DNA of 64,000 nucleotides from Octopus vulgaris (GCA_951406725.2 OX597820.1:52948001-53012000), one strand, 5' to 3'. Positions 24,766-38,682 are shown, numbered from the stretch's first letter. Notes: generated from the letters alone by a model not told the origin. Numbers and translations: made by a program.

Positions 24766-25969
24766 TGTATGTGTATGTTTGTGTATATATATATATATGG
24801 TTTCCTTCCACCTCGCAGAACCATAATTAAGTGTCTTTCCATCATACCCTCCATGACGTGAGGAAAATTCGGTAAACTGAAAATATACTGAAATTCGCCA
24901 GATGTATTTGTGTGGATAACCAGACCTATTTTAATTTCCCTGTTTATCTGGCACTTGGGTACCTGTACTTCAATCCTGCTGCAAGAATTTTTCCCTGTCT
25001 AAGATAACACTATATCTTCATGTGCTACTCCTAAAACAGCAAATCAATAGTAGCCCTCACGTCCGACTTTCTTCTCCACAAATCTCATTTCCTACTAATA
25101 GGTAACTAGCGTTACCTTCTTCAACTGGGAAAGCCATAAAAAGTTACTTATGACTTTACGATTTATGAAATATAATGCAATAATCGCCGAAAGCGAAGAA
25201 TCGTAATTGATGTCTAGCAAAATAACGATGCCTAATAAAATGAAATAATTATATATTTGCTAGTTTGTTCACTCAGAGTAGCGAGATCAATTTAATTTAC
25301 TGCAGTGCAGAACTAATAGATGGTTAATGATTATTTTAGACGGATAAATACTGTAGAAAGATTTCAACCATAACTGTATGTGCAATGGGTGTCTCAAACA
25401 TATTCGTGCTACGTTTTATATATGTATGTGTGTGCTTGTGTGTACTTGTGTGTATTTGTACGCATATACACACGTACATACGCACACACACAGACACAAA
25501 TACACACATATATATGTAGGCGCATACTTTTGAGTGCATGTGAGTACGTTGTCCGTCTCTTAATGCCTGTGCGAGAATAAGTATTCATAATTGTGATAAA
25601 TTCTATTAGCAGTGATGGGAGCTTTCAATATGTAATGAAAAGTTATACATCACACTTAATTCAGGGTTACAAATACAATAAACTTGGACTAATCATTGCG
25701 GTTTGATGTAGACGGAGCTGCCGTGTGTGTGTGAGTCGATTGCAGTGTTGATCTGTTTGTATAATCGCTCTGTATGATACTTGTTTACAAATGCAGAACA
25801 TATACACAAGGTCAAACAAATAAACCTGATAGATTTTTAAATAAGTACATTAGTAGATACAGGATGAACGTAAAAGACTTAATCCGCACTACATTCACCA
25901 CAATGTTTGGCCTTGTGCCTGTGTTAGAAACAATAATTATCCACTGTGACAATTAAATTCTAACAATGC

Positions 25970-25971
25970 AA

Positions 25972-26041
<70 letters not shown>

Positions 26042-26068
26042 AATGACAACAACATCAACAACAACAAC

Positions 26069-26135
<67 letters not shown>
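25970..26135. repeat. (ATT)n - (CAA)n - (AAT)n inverted trinucleotide tracts
   Basis: Directly visible. Confidence 0.95.
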
Positions 26136-26138
<3 letters not shown>

Positions 26139-26192
26139 TACAACTAAATAAAAGTTTCACTATGACTTACATTTTCCTAAGTGGATGCTTTC

Positions 26193-26404
26193 CTTTTCTA
26201 CTCTAGGCACAAGGCCCGAAATTTTGGGGCGGGATCCAGTCGATTAGATCGACCCAGTACGCAACTGGTACTTAATTTATCGACCCCGGAAGGATGAAAG
26301 GCAAAGTCGACCTCGGCGGAATTTGAACTCAAAACATAAAGACAGACGAAATACCGCTAGGCATTTCGCCCGGCGTGCTAATGTTTCTGCCAACTCGCCG
26401 CCTT
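26193..26404 (-). mobile_element. Full-length family M SINE with target-site duplication
   Basis: Near-consensus copy flanked by TAAGTGGATGCTTTC (26178-26192) and TAAGGGGATCCTTTC (26406-26420). Confidence 0.92.
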
Positions 26405-28152
26405 GTAAGGGGATCCTTTCACTAAATGGCCACTATGAAACTGATCAGCTCCATTATCATATGTAAGTGATTCGATTATTTAATATTTTTTATGAATATT
26501 AGATTTACTTAGTTTGTTCAGCTGTTAAGACAGCTCGAAAAGAAATAATCTCATATTGAAAGGGCTGATGAACGGGCGGGCTATGCTATTATAAACTGCT
26601 GAGAAATGACATGTTGCGTAAATATTTTCTCAGTAATATCCATGGAAGCTCTTTCTTTATAAATTATAGCTCTTTCTGTATAGACTATCACACCTTGTTG
26701 TTGTAACACTTACCTGTCTCCTGTATTAAAGCAGCATCATTTCAATTCTTGGGAAAGGAAGTTGCACAGAAGACTCGGCATCACAATCAGAATTCACTGT
26801 TACTGCATGCCAGTCAACTTCGAAGTAATATAGGCCGGTCATGCTAAATTTCCTACTTGGTACCATACTTTTACTAGTTTGCAATGAAGAGGATATTCAT
26901 AAATGCTCGTGGAGAACCATCCGACCTATAGCATTGGTTTTGCTGATTTGCGTGACCAAAGAACACAGACAACCCTACCTTATACCACACGGAATTTTAT
27001 CTGGCAATAACGATTCTGCGATACATGTGTATTAAGTTAAAATCATCTTTAGCTTTTGTTAAATTTCCATTAAGTAATCTGGCGGAACAGTTAAGGCTGA
27101 GATTTTTTTTAAATAAATTTGAAAGAAATTTAATTTCAACTTTCACCAAATTTAACATGATTTTACATTGACATGTGAAGCATAAACACTGTTATTATTA
27201 CACCTACCACTAAAGGTACCTTAACACACACTACAAACATCAACCAGACAACAGGACTAACTATGGGGTCTCTAGCTTTTCCCGGTGTTTCCTCAAAAAT
27301 AAATGTATTAAATAATCTATGAATAATTTAATAATGGATATTGTTGCCTAATGATTCAAATGTTATATGCTTGAAACTTTGTATTTTTCATGTCCAATAT
27401 ATTATTTGGCACTAACAGTCCCAGTAGTTTAATATCTACCGTGCCAGGGTACAGCAGCACAATTTTTCAGTATTCTGCTGTACAATATTCGCAATCCAAT
27501 CGATATATTCTACAGTCCCTCCGATTCTGGTGGTGATCACATCGGAGATTAAACGAAGCAGCTTTATATGTAGTAGATTGAGCTACAAAAATTTCAGCCA
27601 AATCAAAAAACCTCCGTCACCTTAAATAAAGATAAAGTAATCTTATAATATGAACAAAGTCAAACAGGAAAATTTAATGGTTCCTTTAAATAGTGACAAT
27701 CGAACGTTGTGATAGAGTTCAAAAATCGCTATCCTCCGAGGTAATGCCTTTTTCATTTTGTCGTCTGGTGTCAATGAGAAATATTTCCATATTGTGTGAG
27801 GTAAGATTCTTCGTTAATAGAAGTTTCAGCTTGTAACACAAGAATCCTGGATGAAATCTAAGTCAAAATGCTCCAATACGAAACATTCTGATATAAAACG
27901 TATTTGCAGTTGAGAAACGGTAGAACATGCGATATCTTTCAATATAACACGATGTTCCATACGATATATTTTAAACGTTTTTCTTCTGAAAACTAATTAA
28001 TAGCAGTTTTTCAAAGCCATTATCTTACAGTTGAACCCCTTTCAGTTTCACATATCCAAGAATAAGAAGACTTCCTTATGCCCCCAGTTTTTAGGTACGT
28101 ATGATATACTTTAACTTACACTGACACTGTGTGTTGTTGTTGTTGTTGTTAT

Positions 28153-28530
28153 TGAGCTGGCAGAATCGTTAGCACGCCAGATGAAATGCTTAGCAGTATT
28201 ATGTCTGCCGCTACGTTCTAAGTTCAAATTCCGCTGAGGTCGACTTTGCCTTTCATCCTTTCGATGTCGATAAATTAAATACCAGTTACGCACTGGGCTC
28301 GATGTAATCGACTTAATCCGTTTGTCTGTTCTTGTTTGTCCCCTCTGTGTTTAGCCCCTTGTGGGTAGTAAAGAAATAGGTATTTCGTCTACCACTACGT
28401 TTTAAGATCAAATTCCGCCGAGGTTGACTCTGCCTTTCATCCTTTCGGGATCGAGAAATTAAGTATGAGCGAAACACTGAGGTCAAAGTCATCGATCAGA
28501 CTCAGCCCCCAATGTTTCGTGGATTGTGTC
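28153..28530 (+). mobile_element. Family M SINE dimer (full unit plus head-less unit)
   Basis: First unit ends AAAGAAATA and joins GGTATTTCGTCT at 28373-28390, the same junction as in the 46.5-47.6 kb array. Confidence 0.85.
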
Positions 28531-28546
28531 TTTAGTAGAAAGGATT

Positions 28547-28620
<74 letters not shown>

Positions 28621-28664
28621 CATATATATACATACATGCACACACACATACATACATAAGGGAA

Positions 28665-28822
28665 CGTCTTTACATTCTGAGTTCAAATTCTGCCGAGGTC
28701 GACTTCGCCTTTCATCCTTTCGAGGTCATTGAAATATGTACTTGTCGAATACTCTGCTCGATGTAATCGACTGTCCCCTCTCCTCAAATCTCAGGCCTTG
28801 TGCCTATACCAGAAAGGATTAT
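28665..28822 (+). mobile_element. 5'-truncated family M SINE
   Basis: CGTCTTTACATTCTGAGTTCAAATTCTGCCGAGGTCGACTTCGCCTTTCATCCTTTCG. Confidence 0.85.
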
Positions 28823-29564
28823 TCAATATTTTCCTTATTTAACATATACAAAATTGCTCATAGTAGCCTATTTTCATACATACTAACGATAATACGTCAT
28901 CCTATATAAGCTCATTTTATTTGAAATTATGCACGTTCTATATCCTTTACTTTACACAGTTTGCCAAACCTGAAGTTGATTTTAGTTATACGAAAAACAT
29001 AGATAAATTTTAAAGCTTTCACGTCATGCGTTTATCGATAAGCACGGACATATGATAGTCATTCACACTTTTACTTGTCTCAGAAGACGAGTTGTTGCCA
29101 TGCTGCGACACCGCCATTGAAATATGCTATTAACTGCAATAAGATGTCGGACATTTTTAATTTGACAGATTAACCCAGAGTTACAGCGCTTTCGAATCTC
29201 TCCATCCAAATTGTATTTACTGTAAGTTTAGTATAATATCTCCTTAACAAAATTAACGAGCTCTTTTTAAAATCCAGTGTCATAAATTACACGTTTCCAG
29301 TTTCGCACATACCATCAATAATTATACGGTTGTATTTAGAACTAATTTCTCCGTGCTTACTTCGTTTTCAAATTACATCAACTACTATTCTTTCTTTATT
29401 TACTAGTACACACAACAAAGCTTTAGAATATCCAATTTCAATCATTATCCTTGCATTCGTAGGTAATTTTACTAATAAACGTAATTGTAATTTGCTTCAA
29501 AGTAAGCATACTGAAGTCTATTTTGATGTCTTATACATACTTACTGATACAGGCATGTCTCTGT

Positions 29565-29917
29565 AGGTATGTATGTATGTATGTATGTATGTATGTATGC
29601 ATGTATGTATGTATGTATGTATGTATGTATGTATGTACGTGTGTGTGTATGTGTGTGTGTATGTGTGTGTATGCGTGTGTGTATGTGTGTATGTGTATGT
29701 GTGTGTATGTGTGAATACATGTGTGTGTATGTGTGTGTGTATGTGTGTGTGGATGTGTGTGGATGTGTGTGTATGTGTGTGTGCATGTGTGTGTGCATAT
29801 GTGTGTGCATGTGTGTGCATGTGTGTGTGCATGTGTGTATGTATGTATGCATGTATGTATGCATGTATGTATGCATGTATGTATGTATGTACGTATGTAT
29901 GTATGTGTGTATGTATG
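29565..29917. repeat. (GTAT)n/(GT)n microsatellite
   Basis: Directly visible. Confidence 0.95.
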
Positions 29918-31229
29918 TTCTATTAAGCTAAGTGTAAAATAGATGATATTTATATTTTCAATGTCTTTCTATTGACGCTCGTAAGGCAAATATATATTTT
30001 TATTTAATTAGCAGGAACACTTGGGCTAACTTTTCTCAGCACATCCCCAATTAAGATAAAGTCATTTAATTTTATGTCTCTATGGAATAGGTGGATTTTA
30101 CTTACTATTGCCGATATGAATTTCCATGACACGTAACATTTGTATAAATAACAAATCAAAATAGTGAATAAACGCACATTTTGTTGATATCCTTTCAGAA
30201 AAAGACAAATGTTCGCATGAATAACACATTGGAACATTACTACTTCGCAACTTGAATTAAAAACTTTAAAAAGTTTTGAAGCATTTTGCTAAAATAAGTT
30301 AGCTTAATAACATTTTCCTAAGTTTTCCTTTGAAGTGTACGTTACTAATGGAAACCGATTTTAAAAACATAACTTCAGCTCGAATATTCTCTGGAATCAT
30401 ATGTATATTTCTTTCCCTCTAAACAAGTGCACAACTTTCACCCAACTTTCAACTTATATTTATGTATATATCCTTACTTCTATTTCCATTACATGCATTT
30501 TAGCACAATCCTATCCTGGCCATCTATTGGTTATACTTTTATTATGAATATTATTGAATATTTTTCGATAATTCAATTCCGCAAAATCTCTTACATCACT
30601 CAACTGTGATACAACATGCTGTGATACTTTTTCCAGCGGCAACTTGGTGTGTCCAGCTACCAGTCCAGGCTCCGCTACTCGTCAGGCAAACTATCAAAGT
30701 ATTGGAAGCTCTTTCACTGCTTTATGGTCGAGTCTGTGGTAGACCGCCGGCTTCCTCGGCCTGCAGACCGTCATCGGGGCGGAGATGGCTATCCGCAAGT
30801 GCGAGCCCCGTGAGTCACAGCGGCGATTCCAGAGCATCTCTCTCACCATCCCACAGAGGGACCCACTTTTCTATTTTGTCTGCCGGGACCATGAAACTTT
30901 AAAGGAAATCGAAAGAATGTCAGAATTTCGTAGCTTACCACACGAACTACAAGCTTATTCCTGTAGCCCCGTAGCTGTGAGGTGAACATCTTAACCACAC
31001 AACAATGTCCACGCCTTATCTTTAAAATCCCTAAATTGCTTGCATATGACAAATATCTATGGTTTGAAATGCTTTGCTTGACAAATCGTCGAGGTTTCTC
31101 TCACAGTTCAGTTCAACAAATACTTAACCGTGTTGCAAGTAATGAGTTCTTATTGCCTTAATGATTATATATGCATACACACACACACGCACCTATATAT
31201 ATGCATACATACATACATACATACATACA

Positions 31230-31263
<34 letters not shown>

Positions 31264-31278
31264 CATACATATATACAT

Positions 31279-31662
31279 ATGATGGCTGCCTCCTCGTTAT
31301 CGAGTATGGTCATTGCACGAAGATTAACTGTTATTGGTGCTGTGATCGAATGTGACTTTTTAGCCCAGCTAAAGATCTACAATGTCTTGTACAGAATTGG
31401 CAGCTAAAACCTTTACCAGCAACAGCCGGCTGTAGTTGTAACAGGGCCTCATGTACCTTTGCATGTCGTTTAAGTCCTCCTGCCGAATTACACTCTCTTC
31501 CACATGGCTGACAGATATGATTAGTATGGTGTGTAACACCACCACCAGTGGCCAGATTGTCACTCATCTGTCTCGCTTTATGACTACGAAGATGACTCTT
31601 GAGTCCAGCTTTACTGAGGCTGGGTCTTGCACAGACACTGCATGTCAGCATCTTAGGAAGAC
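31279..31662 (-). mobile_element. 3' end of an RTE-clade LINE with three C-terminal C2H2 zinc fingers
   Basis: CSVCARPSLSKAGLKSHLRSH, CQPCGRECNSAGGLKRHAKVH and CQFCTRHCRSLAGLKSHIRSQH match the RTE C-terminal CxxCxRxCxSxxGLxSH motif. Short 3' UTR ..CATACTCGATAACGAGGAGGCAGCCATC, embedded in (TACA)n. Confidence 0.75.
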
Positions 31663-31789
31663 ATATATACATACATTCATGCATACATACATAGGTGCAT
31701 ACTCAAGCACTCATGCACGCTGACACAAACACATGCACACAAACAGACAAAAACGAACGCAGCTCCAATAACGGGCAGAGTCAACATCC

Positions 31790-31918
31790 GTTGACAAGGT
31801 TGTAAAGGCAACGAAAATTTTGGAAGATAAATATATATATAATAACTGAGTGGAAATCGAACCGGTGAGTGTGTTAGATAACAAGGCATTAAGATAGAAT
31901 AACTCTCCCCAGATACAG
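31790..31918. repeat. Short dispersed repeat (second copy 60489-60612)
   Basis: Shared TTGA.AAGGTTG..GCAACGAAAA.TTT and GAGTGGAAATCGAACCGGTGA.TGTGTTA.ATAA..AGGCA.TAA. Confidence 0.75.
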
Positions 31919-31966
31919 CGCAACGATTATTGTTTTACATATAAGCAATATCATCTTTATTATATA

Positions 31967-32194
31967 CAGGGTGGCCCAAAAGTAGTTTTCCAGTTATTAC
32001 AAAGGCACTTTAAATTTAAACATTTGATTACATTTAAATTTCTATCTTACATACTGAAAAGGGAGCTTGAGAAAATTAACTAAATTAGCATAGAATAATA
32101 GTTTCATAGTTTTTTATAACCAATATCTAAACTGTTAATATATGAATGCGAAAGAGATAGTTCAATAACTGTAAGCTTTTTTTAGGCCACCCTG
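31967..32194. mobile_element. Tc1/mariner-type MITE (same family as 16839-17045, opposite orientation)
   Basis: TA-CAGGGTGGCCCAAAAGTAG...TTTTAGGCCACCCTG-TA. Internal ATCTAAACTGTTAATATATGAATGCGAAAG matches the first copy in reverse. Confidence 0.9.
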
Positions 32195-32214
32195 TATTGT
32201 TATATTCTTTGGCA

Positions 32215-32524
32215 CTTTTCCCTGTTTCGGTCATTGAACTGTAGACATAGTAGGCCTCCCACTGGAATCATTTAGTCAAAGAAACCGATTCCAGTAGTTA
32301 TTCTTACGCGTGATACTTTTACGGAAATGCTAATTCACAGAGACGTAAACAAAACAATGTTGGTTGTCTACAGTACTATTGCAGATAAGACATGAACACA
32401 CACACACAGACACAGACACACACACACACACACACACAGACACAGACAGACAGACACACACACACACACACACACTCCTGTACGATGGGTACAAAGTTTC
32501 CGTCTGTCAAACTCGCTCACAGCG
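32215..32524 (-). mobile_element. Old diverged family C SINE
   Basis: TGTTTCGGTCATT..GACGTAAAC..GGTTGTC, internal (CA)n, AGTTTCCGTCT..CTCAC. Confidence 0.55.
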
Positions 32525-32543
32525 AGATATATATATATATATG

Positions 32544-32589
<46 letters not shown>

Positions 32590-32662
32590 CGTGTGTGTGT
32601 GTGCGTGTGTGTGTCTGTGCGTTTGTGTCTATACACACACACAAACACATACATACATAAAC

Positions 32663-32696
<34 letters not shown>

Positions 32697-32741
32697 TTTA
32701 CATAGATATAAAGATATACACTCACACGCACATGTATGTAA

Positions 32742-32800
<59 letters not shown>

Positions 32801-33318
32801 TTCTCAATGTATTTGACGAAAGCTTAAAAATATATTTCCTATTTCGTGATTTAAATCCTTCATCTGAAAAACATAAATGAATAGACTGTGCCGGATTTTC
32901 CTTCTAGAGAGATATTGGTTTAAATTTAAAATATTTTGAATTTGTTTAGAATCCTTTGTGTTTTGTATTAAGCCAGCTACAAACATCTATAAATGAATCT
33001 TCTTTCAGCAAATGTCTCTTTGCTATCCTGCTGATGATATGAATACACAAGCATATTTTTACGTATATTTTATCTTGCCAAAATATAGCGATGTCCAGCG
33101 TCGTTCTTTCATTTATTTTTCAATTATTTCCTCTTACATGATATAATTCATATCCATACATATATGCACGCACGCACGCAGACATACATATTATCGCTTA
33201 GATCTTAGTTTAGATGTTTTGAAATGTTTCCATTCATTTTACTTTGCACGAACATACAATATAATGCATGAAAACGAATATATGTGTATGTGTGTGTGTG
33301 TGTGCATATGTATATCAA

Positions 33319-33395
<77 letters not shown>

Positions 33396-34301
33396 TTGTA
33401 TGCGTATTCATATCTATACATATGAATATATATGTGCATATATATATATTATATATATATATATACACATGTGCGTGTGTATATATGCATATTATAAATA
33501 CATCTATACGTGCGTGTGGTTCTTCCTAATACTCCAACTCAATCAAGAAAAGTAAAACTTTGTTGCTTTTTTTGATGTGTTTATTTTTCCCCCAAAAAAC
33601 TTTTTTTTATTTTTCGACTTCTTTGGCAAATTCTCTGATTTGCCTAAAGGATTTTGGATTATAACGAAAGATTAAATTTACTAAAAAGAGGAGTTCAGCG
33701 TTGATATTAATTTTGATGCAGTGTTCGCTCGCATTATTTCTGTTGCTGTCGTTGTTGCGAATCTTCCAGAAGACTTCACAAATTGGGTTCTTTATCCCGC
33801 TTTTCACTCTTTGTTTGTTTTTTTTTTCATTTTTATACGTTCGCTTTTCAGTCATTTAAAACCCTTTAGATTACAACTAGGTGTCACAGATGTGTTAATG
33901 AGGACTGGATGAAGTGGAGACAAATAGATGTATTCTATCATGTGATCTAATCCAATGCCTCTCATTGGACAACAACATTTTAATATTGTTATTGCTGCTG
34001 TTCTTTTTATTTTTACTGCAGTTGTTTTTCTTGTTGTTTTCGACGGCGGCGGCGTTGGTGGTGGTGGTGGTGGTGGTGCAATTACTAATAATATTCTTTG
34101 ATAATCATTGTGATTTGTTTTTGTATTTCTACTTTGTATTGGACCCTTGTGGACAATAAACGAAATCACAGTTATTATTTTGCATTATTGTTTTGTAGTT
34201 ACTGTTATTGATTTTCTTGTTACTAATGCTTATTACTTTCACAACCATTCGTATTATTAATATTTTTTATTATCATTGCTATATCATTATTTATTTTTTC
34301 C

Positions 34302-34302
<1 letters not shown>

Positions 34303-34359
<57 letters not shown>

Positions 34360-34430
34360 CTACTACTATTATTATTATTATTATTACTACTACTACTACT
34401 ACTACTACTATTATTATTATTATTATTATT

Positions 34431-34463
<33 letters not shown>

Positions 34464-34596
34464 ATTATTATTGCCTCAATTAATGCCATTAGGATGTCTC
34501 TTTAGCGAGTGAGTTATGAAGTTGCTCTTAAAATGGAATTCGTCGTCAAAAATGACTGAAATATATAAAACTTTAAATTTCTTTCTCAAAAAAACA

Positions 34597-34652
<56 letters not shown>

Positions 34653-34686
34653 GAAGAAGAAGAAGAAGAAGAATGATAACAACAAC
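34303..34686. repeat. (TTA/CTA/TTG)n tract and oppositely oriented (AAT)n(AAG)n tract
   Basis: Directly visible at 34303-34472 and 34598-34686. Confidence 0.9.
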
Positions 34687-35351
34687 GATATAGAACAAAA
34701 ACGCCAGTGCATTGCATATTTTCTGATGCGGTATTAACAGGGAAAATACAATGTAATCCGCGGAATTTGCCTAAAGCGAGAGTAAAAAAAAGAAAAAAAT
34801 ATTAATTGTTTACACATAATGCTTTTTGATTCGAATTTCGAAAGAGAAAAGTGAAGTGAAGTGAGTAGTATTTACGTGTCTATGTATATGTGTGGACACG
34901 TATGACATGTTTGTCTGTGTGGTCTTGTATCCAAGCGAATTACTCGTGTAAGTGTGGATTGATTCGTTTGCGGATACAAGTGATTGTGTGTAAGGAGATG
35001 TGTGTGTGTATGCTTGTCTCTGTGTGCGTGTATGAGTGTCTGTGAGTGTGTGATTATGTGTGTGTAGACACGTATGCATTTCTGATTCGAATGGCGTTTT
35101 GTTTTTTTCCGGATTTTCGTTGTTTCACGATTGTTTGATTTACTTATTTATCATAATATATTTTTTTTATTTTTACAATTTTCATAGTTTATTTTCATAT
35201 CAATTGATTTGTCTGCTACCTAATCTGTGTGTATGTGTGAGTCTATGTCTATCTATTTAACTATCTGTCTAACTAACTATCGTAGCTAGTTATTTATCTA
35301 TACAGATACCTAACAACGTATGCATATATTTCTACATATATATATATATAG

Positions 35352-35384
<33 letters not shown>

Positions 35385-35559
35385 TGTATGTATGTATATA
35401 TATATATACACGTATGTTTGAGCGTGGTTACATATACGCACAGACAGGCATTTATATATACATACAGAGAAAGACCCATAAACTCGCATATACAAACGGA
35501 TGTAAAGTTATACAAATACACTCAAGATACAGACAGGATATACAGAAACGCATATTCAA

Positions 35560-35610
<51 letters not shown>

Positions 35611-35715
35611 ATAACCACCTAGAAACTAAAAGTATTTCGGCACGATCTGGAGAATTTCTTATGGGTGGTTAAGGACACGTTTATATCTGTTGATTCCAGT
35701 GCCTGCTGTACGTAA

Positions 35716-37656
35716 GTATGACTATATACGAAATGTATGCAGATACTTGTCTGCCTCTGTGTTGTTGTATGTGTCTTCGTGAGTATGTGTATGCTGAATC
35801 ATCACGATAATCTGTATTAGAATACCTGCAGTTGTAATAAGTATATCATACTCTACTTGTTTCACACTTGCTATTGTGGTCTTTCACTTAGAAGTTATTA
35901 ATTTAAAAGTACATTTCCTTATGTGCATTTGTATATACGTATATACTTATACAGATACATGCTCGTACATAGATATACATGCATGCATACATACATACAT
36001 ACATACATACATACATACATACATACATACACACATACACACATACATACATATATACATACACACATACATACATACATACATACATACATACATACAT
36101 ACATACATACATACATACATACATACATACATAAATACATAGATACTTACATACATACATATATTTACATACATACATATTCTTTTTGCGAAAGAAATTT
36201 GAAGTTTTATAGATAACAGGGGCATTAGTGTGCAGCACTCAAGAACGAGCTTTCAGAACAAACTACTCCAAATATCACATTCATAAAAGCACTGACTCGC
36301 CACAGCGTGGGATATGCTCTGAGAAGGGAGAAAGTAGAAACCATATTGTTAGTGAGTGCTGTAAGCTCGCACAACGACAATGTGACCAGATATATCCACT
36401 GGCTTTTGTATGACTATATATGTATGCAGATACTTGTCTGCCTCTGTGTTGTTGTATGTGTCTTCGTGAGTATGCGTATGCCGAATCCTCACGATAATTT
36501 GTATTAGAATACCTGCAGTTGTAATAAGTATATCATACTCTACTTGTTTCACTCTTGCTATTGTGGTCTTTCACTTAGAAGTTATTAATTTAAAAGTACA
36601 TTTCCTTATGTGCATTTGTATATACGTATATACTTATACAAATACATGCTCGTACATAGATATACATGCATACATACATACATACATACATTCATACATA
36701 TATACATACACACATACATACATACATACATACATACATACATACATACATACATACATAAATACTTACATACATACATATTATTCTTATACAAATACAT
36801 GCTCGTACATAGATATACATGCATGCATACATACATACATACGTATATACATACACACATACATACATACATACATACATACATACATACATACATACAT
36901 ACATAAATACTTACATACATACATATTATTCTTATACAAATACATGCTCGTACATAGATATACATGCATGCATACATACAAACATACATACATACATACA
37001 TACATACATACATGCACGCATACTTACATACATACATACATACACACATACATGCATACATACATACATACATACATACATACATACATACATACATACA
37101 TACATACATACATAAATACTTACATACATATTATTCTTCGCTTTTTGCGAAATAAATTTGAAGTCTTATAGATAACAGGGTCCAGTGAGGCATTAGTGTG
37201 CAGCACTCAAGAACAAGCTTTCAGAACAAACTACTCCAAATATCACATTCATAAAAGCACTGACTCGCCACAGTGTGGGATATGCTCTGAGAAGGGAGAA
37301 AGTAGAAACCATATTGTTAGTGAGTGCTGTAAGCCCGCACAACGACAATGTGACCAGATATATCCACTGGCTTTTGTATGACTATATATGTATGCAGATA
37401 CTTGTCTGCCTCTGTGTTTTTGTATGTGTGTATGCGTATGCTGAATCATCACGATAATTTGTATTAGAATACCTTCAGTTGTAATAAGTACATCATACTC
37501 TTACTATTGTGGTCTTTCACTTAGAAGTTATTAATTTAAAAGTACATTTCCTTATGTGCATTTGTATATACGTATATACTTATACAAATACATGCTCGTA
37601 CAGAGATATACATGCATGCATACATACATACATACATACATACATACATACATACA

Positions 37657-37687
<31 letters not shown>

Positions 37688-37931
37688 TATTCTTCGCTTT
37701 TTGCGGAAGAAATTTGAAGTTTTATAGATAACAGGGTCCAGTGAGGCATTAGTGTGCAGCACTCAAAAACAAGCTTTCAGAACAAACTACTCCAAATATC
37801 ACATTGATAAAAGCACTGACTCGCCACAGCGTGGGATATGCTCTGAGAAGGGAGAAAGTAGAAACCATATTGTTAGTGAGTGCTGTAAGCCCGCACAACG
37901 ACAACGTGACCAGATATATCCACTGGCTTTT
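35716..37931 (+). repeat. Tandem triplication spanning the 5' junction of an R4/Dong-like LINE
   Basis: Units start GTATGACTATATA at 35716, 36408 and 37376. Each has unique flank, (TACA)n and ~200 bp of LINE ending CACTGGCTTTT. Confidence 0.92.
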
Positions 37932-38465
37932 GTGCAGTAAAGCAAACCGATGGAAGCCGAACAGTAGTATGAACACAAGCCAGAGGGAATAGTAGAAAAC
38001 GAACATTACAAAATACTTTGGGATTTTAACATACAATGCGACCAAGTCACAGAGGCGAGAAGGCCAGATATTGGGATCATCCATAAAGATGAAAAAGAAA
38101 CAAAGATAACAGATGTTGCAATACCAGGCGATTCGAAGCTGAAATGTAAGGAAACAGAAAAGAGTGAGAAATATTAGCCACTGCTGGACGAGATAGGTAA
38201 GTTATGGGGCATGAAGAAAGTAATGGTAATACCAGTGGTAATTGGAGGGGCTGTTTCCGAGAGCTTTGAAAAACATATTAAGAATATTATGGCTTCTGTC
38301 AGGCTCGAAGTGATCCAGAAGACAACAGAGATGGGCGCAGCTCGCATTCTAAGGAGTGTATTGTCCCTTTGAGTAACTGGAGAAGGCACTACTTGAAACC
38401 TTTGGTTATTTGTTATTACCTGCTTTCAACTAAAGAACAACTGCAAACAGAACAGCGAGAATCAA
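37735..38465 (+). mobile_element. 5'-truncated R4/Dong-like (restriction-like endonuclease) LINE 3' end, decayed
   Basis: SEALVCSTQKQAFRTNY..IDK..C..KGE..HIVSEC, YIHW.LC, KILWDFNIQCD..EARRPDI, DVAIPGD, KLWGMKKV.VIPVVIG, IQKT..ARILRSVLSL*. Followed by an AAC/TAT tract. Confidence 0.88.

Positions 38466-38682
<217 letters not shown>

Noticed and set aside
27230-27360. QTTGLTMGS resembling the Penelope RT motif QxxGxxMGS
   Set aside because: A single short motif with no convincing colinear neighbours.
31331-31684. Host C2H2 zinc-finger transcription factor gene
   Set aside because: No TGEKP linkers, the finger motif and 3' UTR are RTE-like, and the ORF start lies in microsatellite flank.
33607-34169. 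ORFs near GGT/GGC triplet runs, possibly a 5' UTR or exon
   Set aside because: Low complexity and no recognisable protein motif; cannot be supported without transcripts.
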